Below, piece after piece: positions 34,401 through 48,708 of a DNA stretch of 64,000 nucleotides (within the stretch, counting starts at the first letter, position 1; every line of letters starts with the position of its first letter). The DNA is from Eledone cirrhosa (lineage: Eukaryota), in the NCBI GenBank assembly GCA_964016885.1, contig OZ024740.1, forward strand, positions 1,550,001 through 1,614,000, given 5' to 3'. The notes below the pieces were generated by a model. That model did not search any database. It was not told the DNA's origin and was given only the letters and a program-made list of their open reading frames with translations. The translations under genes were made by a program, and so were the position numbers.

Positions 34401-37400
34401 ATAACCAGCTATGGTGAGGTCTCCATTTCACATCTGACCTGGGACTATTATCAGCTCTGGTGAGGCCTACATTTCACATCTGACCTGGGACTATTATCAG
34501 CTCTGGTGAGGCCTACATTTCACATCTGACCTGGGACTATTATCAGCTCTGGTGAGGCCTACATTTCATATCTGACCTGGGACTATTAGCAGCTATGGTG
34601 AGTCCTACATTTCACATCTGACCTGGGACTATTACCAGCTGGGGTGAGGCCTACATTTCACATCTGACCTGGGACTATTTCCAGCTATGGTGACACCTGC
34701 ATTTCACATCTGACCTGGAACTATTACCATCTCTGGTGAGACCTACATTTCACATCTGACCTAGAACTATTACCAGCTATGGTGAGGCCTACATTTCACA
34801 TCTGACCTGGGAATAATACCAGCTCTAGTGACACCTGTATTTCACATCTGACCTGGAACTATTACCATCTCTGGTGAGGCCTACATTTACCATCTGACCT
34901 GGGCCTATTTCCAGCTATGGTGACACCTACATTTCACATCTGACCTGGAACTATTTCCATCTCTGGTGAGAACTACATTTCACGTCTGACCTAGAACTAT
35001 TACCAGCTTTGGTGAGGCCTACATTTCACATCTGACCTGGGCCTATTACCAGCTCTGGTGAGGCCTACATTTCAATTCTGACCTGGGACTATTACCAGCT
35101 CTGGTGAGGTCTATATTTCACATCTAACCTGGAACTATTACCAGCTGTGCTGAGGCCTACATTTGACATCTGACCTGGTACTATTACCAGCTCTGGTGAG
35201 GCCTACATTTCATATCTGACCTGGGACTATTACCAGCTGTGGTCAGGCCTACATTTCACATCTGACCTGGGACTATTACCAGCTCGGGTGAGGCCTACAT
35301 TTCACATCTGACCTGGGACTATTACCAGCTCGGGTGACGCCTACATTTCACATCTGACCTGGGACTATTTCAAGTTATGGTGACACCTACATTTCACGTC
35401 TGACCTGGGACTATTACCAGCTCTGGTGACGCCTACATTTCACATCTGACCTGGAACTATTACCATCTCTGGTGAGAACTACATTTCACATCTGACCTAG
35501 AACTATTAACAGCTCTGGTGAGGCCTACATTTCACATCTGACCTGGGACTATTACCAGCTGTGGTCAGGCCTACATTTCATATCTGACCTGCAACAATTA
35601 CCAGCTATGGTGGGGCCTACATTTCACATCTGACCTGGGACTAATACCAGTTATGGTGAGACCTACATTTCACATCTGACCTGGAACTATTACCATCTCT
35701 GGTGGGACCTACATTTCACATCTGACCTGGGACTATTACCAGCTCTGGTGACGCCTACATTTCACATCTGACCTGGAACTATTACCATCTCTGGTGAGGC
35801 GTACATTTAACATCTGATCTGGGACTATTTCCAGCTATGGTGACACCTACATTTCACATCTGACCTGGAACTATTACCATCTCTGGTGAGAACTACATTT
35901 CACATCTGACCTAGAACTATTACCAGCTGTGGTGAGGCCTACATTTCACATCTGACCTGGGACTATTACCAGCTATGGTGAGGCCTACATTTCACATTTG
36001 ACCTGGGACTAATACCAGCTTTGGAATGTCTATATTTCAATTCTGACCTGAGACTATTACTAGCTATGGTAAGGTGTATATTTCAAATCTGACCCGGGAC
36101 TAATACCAGCCAAGGTGAGGTGTGCATTTCACAACTGACCTGGAACTATAACCAGCTATGGTGAGGTCTCCATTTCACATCTGACCTGGAACTATTACCA
36201 GCTCTGGTGATGCCTATATTTCACATCTGACCTGGGACTATTATCAGCTCTGGTGAGGCCTACATTTCATATCTGACCTTGGACTATTACCAGCTGTGGT
36301 CAGGCCTACATTTCACATCTGACCTGGAACAATTACCAGCAATGGTGGGGCCTACATTTCCCATCTGACCTGGGACTAATACCAGTTATGGTGAGACCTA
36401 CATTTCACATCTGACCTGGGACTATTGCCAGCTCGGGTGAGGCCTACATTTCAGATCTGACCCGGGACTATTTCCAGCTATGGTGACACCTACATTTCAC
36501 ATCTGACCTGGAACTAGTACCATCTCTGGTGATTCCTACATTTCACATCTGACCTAGAACTATTCCAGCTCTGGTGAGGCCTACATTTTACATCTGACCT
36601 TGAACTATTACCAACTCTGGTGAGGGCTACATTTCACATCTGATCTGGGACTATTACCAGCTATGGTGAGGTCTACATTTCACATCTGACCTGGGACTAT
36701 TACAAGCTATTGTGAGGGCTACATTTCACATCTGACCTGGAAATATTACCAGCCAATGTGAGGTCTACATTTCACATCTGACCTGGGACTATTACCACAT
36801 TTGGTGAGGTCTACATTTCACATCTGACTTGGGAATATTACCAGTTATGGTGAGGCCTACATTTCACATCTGACCTGTAACTATTGCCATCTATGGTGAG
36901 CGATACATTTCACATCTGACCTGGGACTATTACCAGCTATGGTGAGGTCTACATTTCACATTTGACCTGGGACTAATACCAGCTTTGGAATGTCTATATT
37001 TCAATTCTGACCTGAGACTATTACCAGCTATGGTAAGGTCTATATTTCAAATCTGACCCGGGACTAATACCAGCCAAGGTGAGGTGTGCATTTCACACCT
37101 GACCTGGAACTATTACCAGCTATAGAGGCCTACATTTCACATCTGACCTGGGACTATTTCTAGCTCTGGTGAGGTGTACATTTCACATCTGACCTGGGGC
37201 TATTACCAGCTCTGGTGAGGTCTACATTTTCCATCTGACCTTGGAGTATTACCAGCTATGGTGAGGCCTACATTTCACATTTGACCTTGGGCCTATTACC
37301 AGCTGTAGTTAGGTCTACATTTCACATCTGACCTGCAACTATTTCCAGCTATGGTAAGGCCTACATTTCACATCTGACCTGGGACTATTACCAGCTATGG

Positions 37401-40400
37401 TGAGGCCAACATTTCACATCTGACCTTGGGGCTATTACCAGCTGTAGTGAGGTCTACATTTCGTATCTGACCTGGGACTATTACCATCTCTGGTGAGGCT
37501 TACATTTCACATCTGACCTGGGACTATTTCCAGCTCTGGTGAGGTCTACATTCCACATTTGACCTGGAACAATTACCAGCTATGGTGGGGCCTACATTTC
37601 ACATCTGACCTGGAACTATTACCATCTCTGGTGAGAACTACATTTCACATCTGACCTAGAACTATTAGCAGCTATGGTGAGGTCTACATTTTACATCTGA
37701 CCTGGAACTATTGCCAGCTATAGAGGCCTACATTTCACATCTGACGTGGGACTATTACCAGCTCTGGTGAGGCCTACATTTCACATCTGACCTGAGACTA
37801 TTACCAGCTCTGGTGAGGCCTACATTTCACATCTGACCTGGGACTATTACCAGCTCTGGTGAGGCGTAGATTTCACATCTGACCTGGAACAATTACCAGC
37901 TATGGTGGGGCCTACATTTCACATCTGACCTCGGACTAATCCAGTTATGGTGAGACCTACATTTCTCATCTGACCTGGGACTATTACCAGCTCTGGTGAG
38001 GCCTACATTTCACATCTGACCTGGGACTATTACCAGCTCGGGTGAGGCCTACATTTCAGATCTGACCTGGGACTATTTCCAGCTATGGTGATGCCTACAT
38101 TTCAGATTTGACCTGGAACTATTACCATCTCTGGTGAGACCTACATTTCACATCTGACCTGGGACTATTACCAGCTATGCTGACACCTACATTTCACATC
38201 TGACCTGGAACTATTACCATCTCTGGTGAGAACTACAATTCACATCTGACCTAGAACTATTACCTGCTCTGGTGAGGCCTACATTTCACATCTGACCTGG
38301 GATTATTACCAGCTCTGGTGAGGCCTACATTTCACATCTGACCTGGGATTATTACCAGCTCTGGTGAGGCCTACATTTCACATCCGACCTGGAACTATTA
38401 CCATCTCTAGTGAGGGCTACATTTCACATCTGACCTGGGACTATTACCAGCTATGGTGAGGCCTACATTTCACATTTGACCTGGGACTAATACCAGCTTT
38501 GGAATGTCTATATTTCAATTCTGACCTGACACTATTACCAGCTACGGTAAGGTGTATATTTCAAATCTGACCCGGGACTAATACCAGCCTAGGTGAGGTG
38601 TGCATTTCACAACTGACCTGGAACTATAACCAGCTATGGTGAGGTCTACATTTCACATCTGACTGGGAACTATTACCAGCTATAGAGGCCTACATTTCAC
38701 ATCGGACGTGGGACTATTACCAGCTCTGCTCATGCCTACATTTCACATCTGACCTGGGAATATTATCAGCTCTGGTGACACCTACATTTCACATCTGACC
38801 TGGGACTATTAGCAGCTATGATGAGGCCTACATTTCACATCTGACCTGGGACTATTAGCAGCTCGGGTGAGGCCTACATTTCACATCTGACCTAGAATTA
38901 TTACCAGCTATAGTGAGGCCTACATTTGACATCTGACCTTGGACTATTACCATCTCTGGTGAGTCCTACATTTCACATCTGACCTGGAACTATTACCATC
39001 TCTGGTGAGACCTACATTTCACATCTGACCTAGAACTATTACCATCTCTGGTGAGCCCTACATTTCACATCTGACCTAGAACTATTACCAGCTATGGTGA
39101 GGCCTACATTTCACATCTGACCTGGAACTATTACCATCTCTGGTGAGACCTACATTTCACATCTGACCTAGAACTATTACCAGCTATGGTGAGGCCTACA
39201 TTTCACATCTGACCTGGAACTATTACCATCTCTGGTGAGGGCTACATTTCACATCTGAACTGGGACTATTACCAGCTATGGTGAGGCCTACATTTCAATT
39301 CAGACCTGGGACTATTTCCAGCTATGGTGACGCCTACATTTCAGATTTGACATGGAACTATTACCATCTCTGGTGAGACCTACATTTAACATCTGACCTG
39401 GGACTATTAGCAGCTATGGTGAGGCCTACATTTCACATCTGACCAGGGACTATTACCAGCTCGGGTGAGGCCTACATTTGACATCTGACCTGGAACTATT
39501 ACCATCTCTGGTGAGACCTACATTTCACATCTGACCTAGAACTATTACCAGCTATGGTAAGGCCTACATTTCACATCTGACCTTGGACTATTACCAGCTC
39601 TGGTGACGCCTACATTTCATATCTGACCTGGAACTATTACCATCTCTGGTGAGGCCTACATTTAACATCTGACCTGGGACTATTTCCAGCTATGGTGACA
39701 CCTATATTTCACATCTGACCTGGAACTATTACCATCTCTGGTGAGAACTACATTTCATATCTGACCTAGAACTATTACCAGCTCTGGTGAGGCCTACATT
39801 TCACACCTGACCTGGGACTATTGCCAGCTATGGTGAGGCCTACATTTCACATCTGACCTGGAACTATTACCAACTTTGGTGAGGCCTACATTTCCCATCT
39901 TACCTGGAACTATTACCATTTCTGGTGAGGGCTACATTTCACATCTGACCTGGGACTAATACCAGTAATGGTGAGGTCTACATTTCAATTCTGACCTGGG
40001 ACTATTACCAGCTCTGGTGAGGTCTATATTTCACATCTAACCTGGAACTATTACCAGCTGTGCTGAGGCCTACATTTCACATCTGACCTGGTACTATTAC
40101 CAGCTCTGGTGAGGCTTAAATTTCACATCTGACCTGGGACTTTTACCAGCTGTGGTCAGGCCTACATTTCACATCTGACCTGGAACAATTACAAGCTATG
40201 GTGGGGCCTACATTTCACATCTGACTTAGGAATATTACCAGCTATGGTGAGGCCTACATTTCACATCTGACCTGGGACTATTTCAAGCTCTGGTGAGGTC
40301 AACATTTCACATCTGACCTGGGGCTATTACCAGCTATTGTGAGGCCTATATTTCACATCTGACCTGGGATTTTCACCATCTATTGTGAGACCTACATTTC

Positions 40401-43400
40401 ATATCTTACCTGGGATTATTACCAGCTATTGTGAGGGCCACATTTCACATCTGACCTGGAACTATTACCACCGATGGTGATGTCTACATTTCACATCTGA
40501 CCTGGGACTATTACCAGCTCCGGTGAGGTCTACATCTCACATCTGACCTGGGACTATTACCAGCTTTGGTGAGGTCTACATTTCACATCTGACTTGGGAA
40601 TATTACCAGCTATGGTGAGGCCTACATTTCACATCTGACCCGGGACTATTTCTAGCTCTGGTGAGGTCAACATTTCACATCTGACCTGGGACTAATACCA
40701 GTTATGGTGAGGTCTACATTTCAATTCTGACCTGGGGCTATTACCAGCTCTGGTGAGGTCTACATTTTACATCTGACCTGGGAGTATTACCAGCTATGGT
40801 GAGGCCTACATTTGACATTCGACCTTGGGGCTATTACCAGCTGTAGTTAGGTCTACATTTCACATCTGACCTGGAACTATTTCCAGCTATGGTAAGGCCT
40901 ACATTTCACATCTGACCTGGGACTATTACCAGCTATGGTGAGGCCAACATTTCACATCTGACCTTGGGGCTATTACCAGCTGTAGTTAGGTCTACATTTC
41001 ACATCTGACCTGGAACTATTTCCAGCTATGGTAAGGCCTACATTTCACATCTGACCTCGGACTATTACCATCTCTGGTCAGGCCTACATTTCACATCTGA
41101 CCTGGGACTATTACCAGCTCTGGTGAGCTCTACATTCCTCATCTGACCTGGGACTATTAACAGCCAAGGTGAGGTCTACATTTCACATCTGACCTGGGAC
41201 TAATACCAGCTTTGGAATGTCTATATTTCACATCTGCCCTGGGACTATTGCCAGCCAAGGTGAGGTCTACATTTCAATTCTGACCTGAGATTATTACCAG
41301 CTTTGGTAAGGTCTACATTTCAAATCTGACCCGGGACTAATACCAGCCAAGGTGAGGTGTACATTTCACACCTGACCTGGAACTATAACCAGCTATGGTA
41401 AGGCCTACATTTCACATCTGACCTGGAACTATTACCAGCTATGGAGGCGTCCATTTCACATCTGACCTGGGACTATTACCGGATGTGGCGAGGCCTACAT
41501 TTCACGTCTGACCTGGGACTATTACTGGCTCTGGTGAGGCCTACATTTCACATCTGACCTTGGACTATTACCAGTTCTGGTGAGGCCTACATTTCACATC
41601 TGACGTAGGAATATTACCAGCTTTGGCGAGGCCTACATTTCACATCTGACCTGGGACTATTACCAGCTCTGCTGAGGCCTACATTTCACATCTGACCTGG
41701 GACTATTACCAGCTATGGTGAGTCCTACATTTCACATCTGACCTCGGGGCTATTACCAGCTGTAGTGAGGTCTACATTTCACATCAAACCTGGTACTATT
41801 ATCACCTCTGGTGTGGCCTACATCTCACATCTGACCTGGGACTATTACCAGCTCTGGTGATGTCTACATTTCACATCTGATATGGGACTATTGCCAGCTT
41901 TGATGAGCTCTTTATTTCACATCTGACCTGGGACTATTACCAGCTATGGTGAGGCCAACATTTCACATCTGACCTTGGGGCTATCACCAGCTGTAGTGAG
42001 GTCTACATTTCACATCTGACCGCGGACTATTACCAGCTGTGGTAAGGCCTACATTTCATATCTGACCTCGGACTATTACCATCTCTGGTCAGGCCTACAT
42101 TTCACATCTGACCTGGGACTATTACCAGCTCTGGTGAGCTCTACATTCCTCATCTGACCTGGGACTATTAACAGCCAAGGTGAGGTCTACATTTCACATC
42201 TGACCTGGGACTAATACCAGCTTTGGAATGTCTATATTCACATCTCACCTGGGAATATTGCCAGCCAAGGTGAGGTCTACATTTCAATTCTGACCTGAGA
42301 TTATTACCAGCTTTGGTAACGTCTACATTTCAAATCTGACCCGGGTCTAATACCAGCCAAGGTGAGGTGTACATTTCACACCTGACCTGGAACTATAACC
42401 AGCTATGGTGAGGACTACATTTCTCATCTAACCTCGGACTATTAGCAGCTATGGTAAGGTCTACATTTCACATCTGACCTGGGACTAATACCAGTTATGG
42501 TGAGACCTATATTTCACTTCTGACCTGGGACTATTTCCAGCTATTGTGAGGCCTACATTACACATCTGACCTTGGGTCTATTACCAGCTGTAGTTAGGTC
42601 TACATTGCACATCTGACCTGGAACTATTTCCAGCTATGGTAAGGCCTACATTTCACATCTGACCTTGGGGCTTTTACCAGCTGTAGTGAGGTCTACATTT
42701 CACATCTGACCGTGGACTATTACCAGCTCTGGTGAGGTCTACATTTCAATTCTGACCTGAGACTATTACCAGCTATGGTAAGGTCTACATTTCAAATCTT
42801 CCCCGGGACTAATACCAGCCAAGGTGAGGTGTACATTTCACACCTGACCTGGAACTATAACCAGCTATGGTGAGGCCTACATTTAACATCTGACCTGGTA
42901 CTATTTCCAGCTCTGGTGAGGTCTACATTTCACATCTGACCTGGGACTATTACCAGCTCTGGTGAGGCCTACATTTCACATCTGACCTTGAACTATTTCC
43001 ATCTCTGGTGAGGCCTACATTTCACATCTGACCTGGGAAATTACCACCTATGGTGAGGCCTAGATTTCACATCTGAACTGGGACTATTACCAGCTATGGT
43101 GAGGCCTAAATTTTACATCTGACCTGGAAATATTACGAGCTATGGTGAAGCCTACATTTCACATCTGACCTTGGACTAATACCAGTTATGGTGAGACCTA
43201 CATTTCACTTCTGACCTGGGACTATTATCAGCTATTGTGAGGTCTATATTTCACATCTGACCTGGGACTATTACCAGCCAAAGTGAGGTCTATATTTCAC
43301 ATCTGACCTGGGGCTATTACCAGCCAAAGTGAGGTCTATATTTCACATCTGACCTGGGGCTATTACTAGCTCTGGTGAGGTCTACATTTCACATCTGACC

Positions 43401-46400
43401 TGGAACTATTTCCAGCTATGGTAAGGCCTACATTTCACATCTGACCTTGGGGCTTTTACCAGCTGTAGTGAGGTCTACATTTCACATCTGACCGCGGACT
43501 ATTACCAGCTGTGGTAAGGTCTACATTTCATATCTGACCTGGGACTATTACCATCTCTGGTGAGGCTTACATTTCACATCTGACCTGGGAGTATTACCAG
43601 CTGTGGTGAGGTATACATTTCTTATCTGACCTGGGACTATTGCCTGCCAAGGTGAGGTCTACATTTCAAATCTGACCCGGGATTAATACCAGCCAAGGTG
43701 AGGTGTACATTTCACACCTGACCTGGAACTATAAGCAGCTATGGGGGCCTACATTTCACATCTGACCTGGTACTATTTCCAGCTCTGGTGAGGCGTAGAT
43801 TTCACATCTGACCTAGGACTAATACCAGCTGTGGTGGCGTCTACATTTCACTTCTCACCTGGGACTATTACCAGCTTTGGAATGTCTATATTTCACATCT
43901 GACCTGGGACTATTGCCAGCCAAGGTGAGGTCTAAATTTCACATCCAACCTGGGATTATTTCCAGCTATGGTGAGGCCTACATTTCACATCTGACCTTGG
44001 GGCTATTACCAGATCTGGTGATGTCTACATTTCACATCTGATATGGGACTATTGCCAGCTTTGATGAGGTCTACATTTCACATCTGACCTGGGACTATTT
44101 CCAGCTATTTTGAGGCCTATATTTGACATCTGACCTTGGGGCTATTACCAGCTGTAGTGAGGTCTACATTTCACATCTCACCTTGGACTATTACCAGCTC
44201 TGGTGAGGTCTACATTTCAATTCTGACCTGAAACTATTACCAGCTATGGGAAGGTCTACATTTCAAATCTGACCCGGGACTAATACCAGCCAAGGTGAGG
44301 TGTACATTTCACATCTGACCTGGGACTATTACCAGCTCTGGTGAGTCCTACATTTCACATCTGACCTGGTACTATTTCCAGCTCTGGTGAGGCGTAGATT
44401 TCACATCTGACCTGGGACTATTTCCAGCTGTGGTGAGGTCTACATTTCACATCTGACCCGGGACTATTACCATCTATGGTGAGGCCTACATTTTGCATCT
44501 GACCTGGAACTATTTCCAGCTATGGTGGGGCCTACATTTCACATCTGACCTGGGACTAATACCAGTTATGGTGAGACCTACATTTCACATCTGACCTGGA
44601 ACTATTACCATCTCTGGTGAGGCCTACATTTCACATCTGTCCGGGGACTATTACCAGCTATGGTGAGGCCTATATTTCACATCTGACCTGGAACTATTAC
44701 CAGCTATGGTGAGGCCTACATTTCACATCTGTCCTGGGACTATTAGCAGCTCCGGTGAGGTCTACATTTCACATCTGACCTGGGACTATTACTAGCCAGG
44801 GTGCGGTCTATATTTCACACTTGACTGTGGGCTATTACCAGCTTTGGTGCGGTCTACATTTCACATCTGTCCGGGGACTATTACCAGCTGTGGTGAGGCC
44901 TACATATCACATCTAACCTGGGACTATTGCCAGCTCTGGTGAGGCCTACATTTCACATCTAACCTGGGACTATTAGCAGCTCTGATGATGCCTACATTTC
45001 ACATCTGACCTGGGACTATTTCCAGCTCTGGTGACGCCTACATTTCACATCTGACCTGGGATTATAACCAGCTATTGTGAGGCCTACATTTCACATCTGA
45101 CCTGGAACTATTACTAGCTACGGTGAGGCCTACATTTCACATCTGACCTGGGACTATTACCAGCTATGGTGAGGCCTACATTTTGCATCTGACCTGGAAC
45201 TATTTCCAGCTATGGTGGGGCCTACATTTCACATCTGACCTGGGACTAATACCAGTTATGGTGAGACCTACATTTCACATCTGACCTGGGACTATTACCA
45301 GCCAAGGTGCGGTCTATATTTCACATCTGACCTGGGGCTATTACCAGCTTTGGTGAGGTCTACATTTCACATCTGACCTGAGTCTATTACCAGGTCTGGT
45401 GAGGTCTACATTTCTCATCTGACCTGGGACTATTACCAGCTTTGGAATGTCTATATTTCACATCTGACCTGGGAATATTGCCAGCCAAGGTGAGGTCTAA
45501 ATTTCACATCCAACCTGGGACTATTACCATCTCTGATGAGGCCTACATTTCAATTCTGATTGAGACTATTACCAGCTTTGGTAAGGTCTACATTTCAAAT
45601 CTGACCCGGGATAATACCAGCCAAGGTGAGGTGTACATTTCACACCTGACTTGGAACTATAACCAGCTATGGTGAGGCCTACATTTCACATCTGACCTGG
45701 AACTATGACCAGCTATGGAAGCCTTCATTTCAGATCTGACGTGGTACTTTTACCAGCTCTAGTGAGGCGTACATTTCACATCTGACCTGGGACTATTACC
45801 AGCTGTGGTGAGGCCTACATTTCAAATCTGACCTGGGATTATAACCAGCTATGGTGAGGCCTACATTTCACATCTGACCTGGGACTATTACCAGTTCTGG
45901 TGAGGCCTACATTTCACATCTGACCTGGGACTATTGCCAGCTTTGATGAGGTCTACATTTCACATCTGACCTGGGACTATTACTAGCTATGGTGAAGCCT
46001 ACATTTCACATCTGACTTTGGGGTTATTACCAGCTGTAATGAGGTCTATATTTCACATCTGACCTGGGACTATTACCAGCTGTCGTGAGGTCTACATTTC
46101 ACATCTGACCTGGGACTATTACCAGCTCTGTTGAGGCCTACATTTCACATCTGACCTGGAACTATTACCATCTCTGGTGAGGCCTACATTTCACATCTGA
46201 CCTGGGACTATTACCAGCTCTGGTGAGGCCTATATTTCACATCTGACCTGGAACTATTACCAGCTATGGTGAGGCCTACATTTCACATCTGTCCTGGGAC
46301 TATTAGCAGCTCCGGTGAGGTCTACATTTCACATATGACCTGGGACTATTACTAGCCAGGGTGCGGTCTATATTTCACACTTGACTGTGGGCTATTACCA

Positions 46401-48522
46401 GCTTTGGTGCGGTCTACATTTCACATCTGACCTGGGACTATTACCAGCTCTGATGATGCCTACATATCACATCTAACCTGGGACTATTTCCAGCTCTGGT
46501 GAGGCCTACATTTCACATCTAACCTGGGACTATTAGCAGCTCTGATGATGCCTACATTTCACATCTGACCTGGGACTATGTCCAGCTCTGGTGACGCCTA
46601 CATTTCACATCTGACCTGGGATTATAACCAGCTATTGTGAGGCCTACATTTCACATCTGACCTGGAACTATTACTAGCTACGGTGAGGCCTACATTTCAC
46701 ATCTGACCTGGGACTATTACCAGCTATGGTGAGACCTACATTTCACATCTTACCTGGGATTATTACCAGCTATTGTGAGACCTACATTTCACATCTGATC
46801 TGGGATTATTACCAGCTATTGTGAGACCTACATTTCACATCTGATCTGGGATTATTACCAGCTATTGTGAGACCTACATTTCACATCTGACTTGGGACTA
46901 TTACCAGCTATGGTGGGGCCTATATTTCATATCTGACCTGGGACTATTACTAGCGCTGGTGAGGTCTACATTTCACATCTGGCGTGGGGCTATTACCAGC
47001 TCTGGTGAGGTCTACATTTCACATCTGACCTGGGGCTATTACCAGCTCTGGTGAGGTTTACATTTCACATCTGACCTTGGGGCTATTACCAGCTGTAGTT
47101 AGGTCTGGATTTCACATCTGACCTGGAACTATTTCCAGCTATGGTGAGGCCTACATTTCACATCTAACCTTGGGGCTTTTGCCAGCTGTAGTGAGGTCTA
47201 CATTTCACATCTGACCTGGTACTATTACCAGGTCTGGTGAGGTCTACATTTCTCATCTGACCTGGGACTATTAACAGCCAAGGTGAGGTCTACATTTCAA
47301 TTCTGACCTGAGACTATTACCAGCTTTGGTAAGGTCTACATTTTAAATCTGACCCGGGACTAATACCAGCCAAGTTGTGGTGTACATTTTACATCTGACC
47401 TGGGACTATTACCAGCTATGGCGATGTCTACATTTCACATCTGACCTGGGACTATTGCCAGCTTTGATGAGGTCTACATTTCACATCTGACCTGGGACTA
47501 ATACCAGCTATGGTGACGCCTACATTTCACATCTGACCTTGGGTCTATTACCAGCTGTAGTGAGGTCTACATTTAACATCTAACCTCGGACTATTACCAG
47601 CTGTGGTGAGGTCTACATTTCACATCTGGCCTTGGACTATTACCATCTCTGGTGAGGCCTACATTTCACATCTGACCTGGGACTATTACTAGCTCTGGTG
47701 AGATCTACATTTCACATTTGACCTGGGACTATTACCAGCCAAGGTGAGGTCTACATTTCACATCTGATCTGGGACTATTACCGGCTTTGGTAAGGCCTAC
47801 ATTCCACATCTGACCTGGGACAATTACCAGCTATGGTGAGACCTACATTTCACATCTGACTTGGGATTATTACCAGCTACGGTGAGGCTTATATTTCACA
47901 TCTGACCTGGGGCTATTACCAGCTCTGTTGAAGCCTACATTTCACATCTGACCTGGAACTATTTCCAGCTCTGGTGAGGCCTACATTTCACATCTGACCT
48001 GGGAATATTACCATCTCTGGCGAGGCCTACATTTCACATCTGACCTGGGACTATTACCAGCTATGCTGAGGCGTACATTTCACATCTGACCTGGAACTAT
48101 TACTAGCTATGGTGAGGCCTACATTTCACATCTGACCTGGGACTATTACCAGCTCTGGTGAGGCCTACATTTCACATCTGACCTGAGACTATTACCAGCT
48201 CTGGTGAGGCCTACATTTCACATCTGACCTGGGACTATTACCAGCTCTGGTGAGGCGTACATTTCACATCTGACCTGGAACTATTACCAGCTATGGTGAG
48301 GCCTACATTTCACATCTGACCTGGGACTATTACCAGCTCTGGTGAGGCCTACATTTCACATCTGACCTGGGACTATTACCAGCTCTGGTGAGGCCTACAT
48401 TTCACATCTGACCTGGGACTATTACCAGCTCTGGTGAGGCCTACATTTCACATCTGACCTGGAACTATTACCATCTCTGGTGAGGTCTACATTTCATATC
48501 TGACCTGGGTCCATTACTAGCT
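31463..48522. repeat. ~17-kb array of a 46-bp unit (~370 copies) with higher-order variant cassettes
   Basis: Consensus GACCTGGGACTATTACCAGCTCTGGTGAGGCCTACATTTCACATCT. Confidence 0.97.
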
Positions 48523-48708
48523 TTGCACGAGCCTTTTTTTGATGCCATTGTTTGAAACCAAACTTAGTACTGCAAAGTAATAACAAATTTAGTATTTACT
48601 TAAGGTTTCCACTTCTTACAGCTATGGTAACTGCCCCTCCTCATGGTGCCTATTGAAAGTTAGGGAGAGCTGTTTTAATGATGGCTCCTCGCAGTAGAAA
48701 TAATTGAA

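Noticed and set aside
31463-48522. CRISPR-like repeat-spacer array
   Set aside because: There are no unique spacers, only point-variant tandem monomers; eukaryotic intron context and no cas genes.
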